The notes beneath the pieces are model-generated. The model saw nothing but the letters and a program-made list of their open reading frames with translations. It was not told the origin of the DNA and did no database searches. The translations under genes were made by a program, and so were the position numbers. From Patescibacteria group bacterium UBA918 (GTDB lineage Bacteria > Patescibacteriota > Minisyncoccia > Phycocordibacterales > UBA918): DNA of 43,083 bases. Below, in pieces: positions 42,301 through 43,083 of the stretch (its first letter is position 1; the number at the start of each line of letters is the position of its first letter). The stretch is taken from contig DBEA01000016.1 in the NCBI GenBank assembly GCA_002293845.1, positions 30,836-73,918 of the forward strand, in the 5' to 3' direction.

Positions 42301-43082
42301 GTAGGTATCGACGGTAGGGCCGTATAGGCGGCGACTCCCTTCACTGCTTCCGTGGTCGGCAAATCTATACCTTCTTCTGCTTTAGCGAAACCTTTGACTA
42401 AGCCGACGCCGACTGGTCCTTTCAAATCTGCTAGGGTGATGGGGGTATCGGCAGTGAAACCGGGTACGTCTTTGGCTGCGACCGCGGCGATATTGTTGGC
42501 GTGCTGAGCAGGATTGTTGTTGTCGCTGGCTGGGGAGTATTTAGGAATGATGTTGTTTAAGGTTGCTGGTGTTTTGGAGGCTTCGAGTCCTTTTATTTTG
42601 TTTTCTAGGTCTCGCAACAAAGCCCTGGCCGCCGTAGTATTGTCTTCAAATGACAGGAAACGCGCATCGTCTGCCACGGCACCGACGAAGTCTTGGGTTG
42701 CCGGGGTCTTTTCCAGATTGGCGAAGTTGACGGTTTTGGCGGGTTGGGAAGCCGCTGGCTTAACACCAAGCAACTCGTTGAAAGCATCCGTCAGACCCTT
42801 TCCGATCGTCGACAGCGCGTCACTCACTGGGCCAAGTGTCGATGCTGGGGCCTGAACAGCGGGGGAGGCCGCTATCGGAGCCGGTTGTGCGGTCGCTGGA
42901 GTAGAAGGACCAGTCTGTGCGGTCGCTGGTGAGGTCTGGTTGGTTGAGGGAGTGGCGGGAGCCTGTGTGGCGGCCGGCGCTGTTTGATTCGCAGGAGTCG
43001 CAGCGGTTTGATATCCAGCGGCGTTAGGGTTGGCCGGATTATTTCCAGTACTTGCCGGTGATGTCTTTCCCGCGGTAGCACT
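39339..43082 (-). CDS. giant P/T-linker-rich protein with an M15A-like (LAS-fold) peptidase domain and a mid-chain TM helix; 5' end runs off the window
   Basis: The track calls a 1162-aa ORF from GTG 42827. I translated the same frame upstream to 43082 and found no stop, and the composition stays P/T/A-rich. M15A-like core at about 41508-41945 ('RHDHGNAVD', 'GVGAGVAYMGPNTIHIGG'). TM helix at about 41055-41129. Confidence 0.65.
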   Translation of the reverse strand, partial: SATAGKTSPASTGNNPANPNAAGYQTAATPANQTAPAATQAPATPSTNQTSPATAQTGPSTPATAQPAPIAASPAVQAPASTLGPVSDALSTIGKGLTDAFNELLGVKPAASQPAKTVNFANLEKTPATQDFVGAVADDARFLSFEDNTTAARALLRDLENKIKGLEASKTPATLNNIIPKYSPASDNNNPAQHANNIAAVAAKDVPGFTADTPITLADLKGPVGVGLVKGFAKAEEGIDLPTTEAVKGVAAYTALPSIPTTLVDGVYAPTNPADQVTLNNIRNGSPATVAPATQTPAQTLLAVADKLSKSTPISLALEVQAAGLSRIADALPQTKAPTAEPAVANPSTPTATNPSAQTQAPAQVSPTPAPTRVVMQNQNAKRDLDITPKLKDQIAYAAEKAGVVFVGTSGGQPSKADVARGLAALTDRKGSNRHDHGNAVDGYLKDADTGRVLDFTNPKDLPRFELFIAEAVKAGVTGVGAGVAYMGPNTIHIGGGSALAWGAGGKVANAPGWLTAAHKKGLADAKGFDLAAYKASQAQTPQATPAITTAIPTPRPDTTPVPATIPVTVTTQINPVQATTPQPGTEAAVSAPTSQTADPVADATNANGISNPGYPSSSGQNDDSVSPASNSGTPPDYQSTGGTGPGSKGTGVLGAASSAFYAMIGLIATALNNALGTDLNVPDENSKEASGTTGTGVQIAIPTSVAPTETNDAPSRTPTDTPPNSIETSPTAPTPTTPISTRTEHGFASTTPTVNVLIQVDGGSGDMYFSIAGVYDQRGQLLVDTDSYAEQEPDNEATGDSPYDQPRITLDDERLNILYSDGTYAPVVIDGVWYESADDPNYVYTVEYYLDGELVAAADNAGVLPEGNPLTNLLGNLFSSSDEYGLEDVGTITRALVDPDEQVPADEYYIYRVYLNGGGTRSTTVPRYTSYRFMSERFAETGFTGNVTALIAESVEVPPPSRGGVSAIVDTFKKIGLSVVDIFRDDEAENPVVTDFGNLTPSDDGEITMADIRNVTVLLDVEAECPLAPGLDRPYLYEIVIAQAAISGATADQAFRAVRCGGGDKADFVEQIAAHFETFDGVGTIDRQAMSDMIRFALFKDLDLSFLLGENDEAAPAATSTPATVPDGEDQEYVPNLTNDVVFEVKAVGSQGQTLLDWSVANEIRVGSTVQLYFRWDGSDYEQCLPFLNDNGIYALKASGGKMTTGNTESEGYDVPEASATYRLECGGQRNNEFGVDDRSIKVIIE

Positions 43083-43083
43083 C

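Noticed and set aside
42872-43081. A 69-aa minus-strand ORF at the window edge.
   Set aside because: It is out of frame with, and fully inside, the stop-free upstream continuation of the giant ORF. Its Arg/Pro/Leu-rich translation is typical of an off-frame read of P/T/A-rich coding sequence.
1-43083. CRISPR arrays, rRNA genes, IS elements, integrases or prophage blocks, and alternative genetic code (UGA recoding as in some CPR lineages).
   Set aside because: No regularly spaced direct repeats, no rRNA-like conserved stretches and no transposase- or integrase-like ORFs were seen. TGA terminates well-conserved genes at the expected C-termini (for example comM at 4411 and HB1 at 14493), so the standard code applies.

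Overview
A 43-kb chromosomal segment, mostly housekeeping genes, with standard stop usage (TGA clearly terminates several recognisable genes). It spans the replication-origin neighbourhood: yidC-rnpA-rpmH on the minus strand, diverging from dnaA-dnaN-DUF721 on the plus strand. Other recognisable genes are NYN, DksA/TraR, ComM/YifB, LysM-M23 peptidase, UvrD/PcrA, RsmA, PBP1A, TyrS, RuvC-YebC-RuvB, PilB, TsaE, PolA, a HolA-like protein, tRNA-Lys and a SpoU methyltransferase. Shortened proteins, the PrgI/VirB4/VirB6/VirB2-like gene set, four-helix-bundle genes, a free-standing LAGLIDADG gene and near-leaderless promoters suggest a small-genome monoderm-type bacterium. Patescibacteria/CPR is plausible, but this is inference only. 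The main accessory feature is a tightly packed 13-gene plus-strand operon (8967-20970) encoding a minimal type-IV-secretion/pilus-like apparatus. I recognised no coupling protein or relaxase in it. Two diverged four-helix-bundle genes (23S-rRNA-IVS-protein/Avd family) are inserted in this operon. Each is enclosed by a long near-perfect inverted repeat (18/19 bp and 23/24 bp) at a stop/start junction. An ORF-less hairpin of the same sequence family fills the rpmH-rnpA spacer. I think this IVS-like cassette architecture inside mRNA operons is the most interesting signal in the window. Other notable items are a LAGLIDADG gene squeezed between tRNA-Lys (which has an atypical T-loop) and spoU, and a structured non-coding locus between pilB and ruvB. 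There is also an edge-truncated protein of more than 1,200 aa with an M15A-like domain and a mid-chain TM helix, and a very acidic 82-aa ORF after ruvC. All calls come from reading the sequence and ORF translations by eye; no searches were run.
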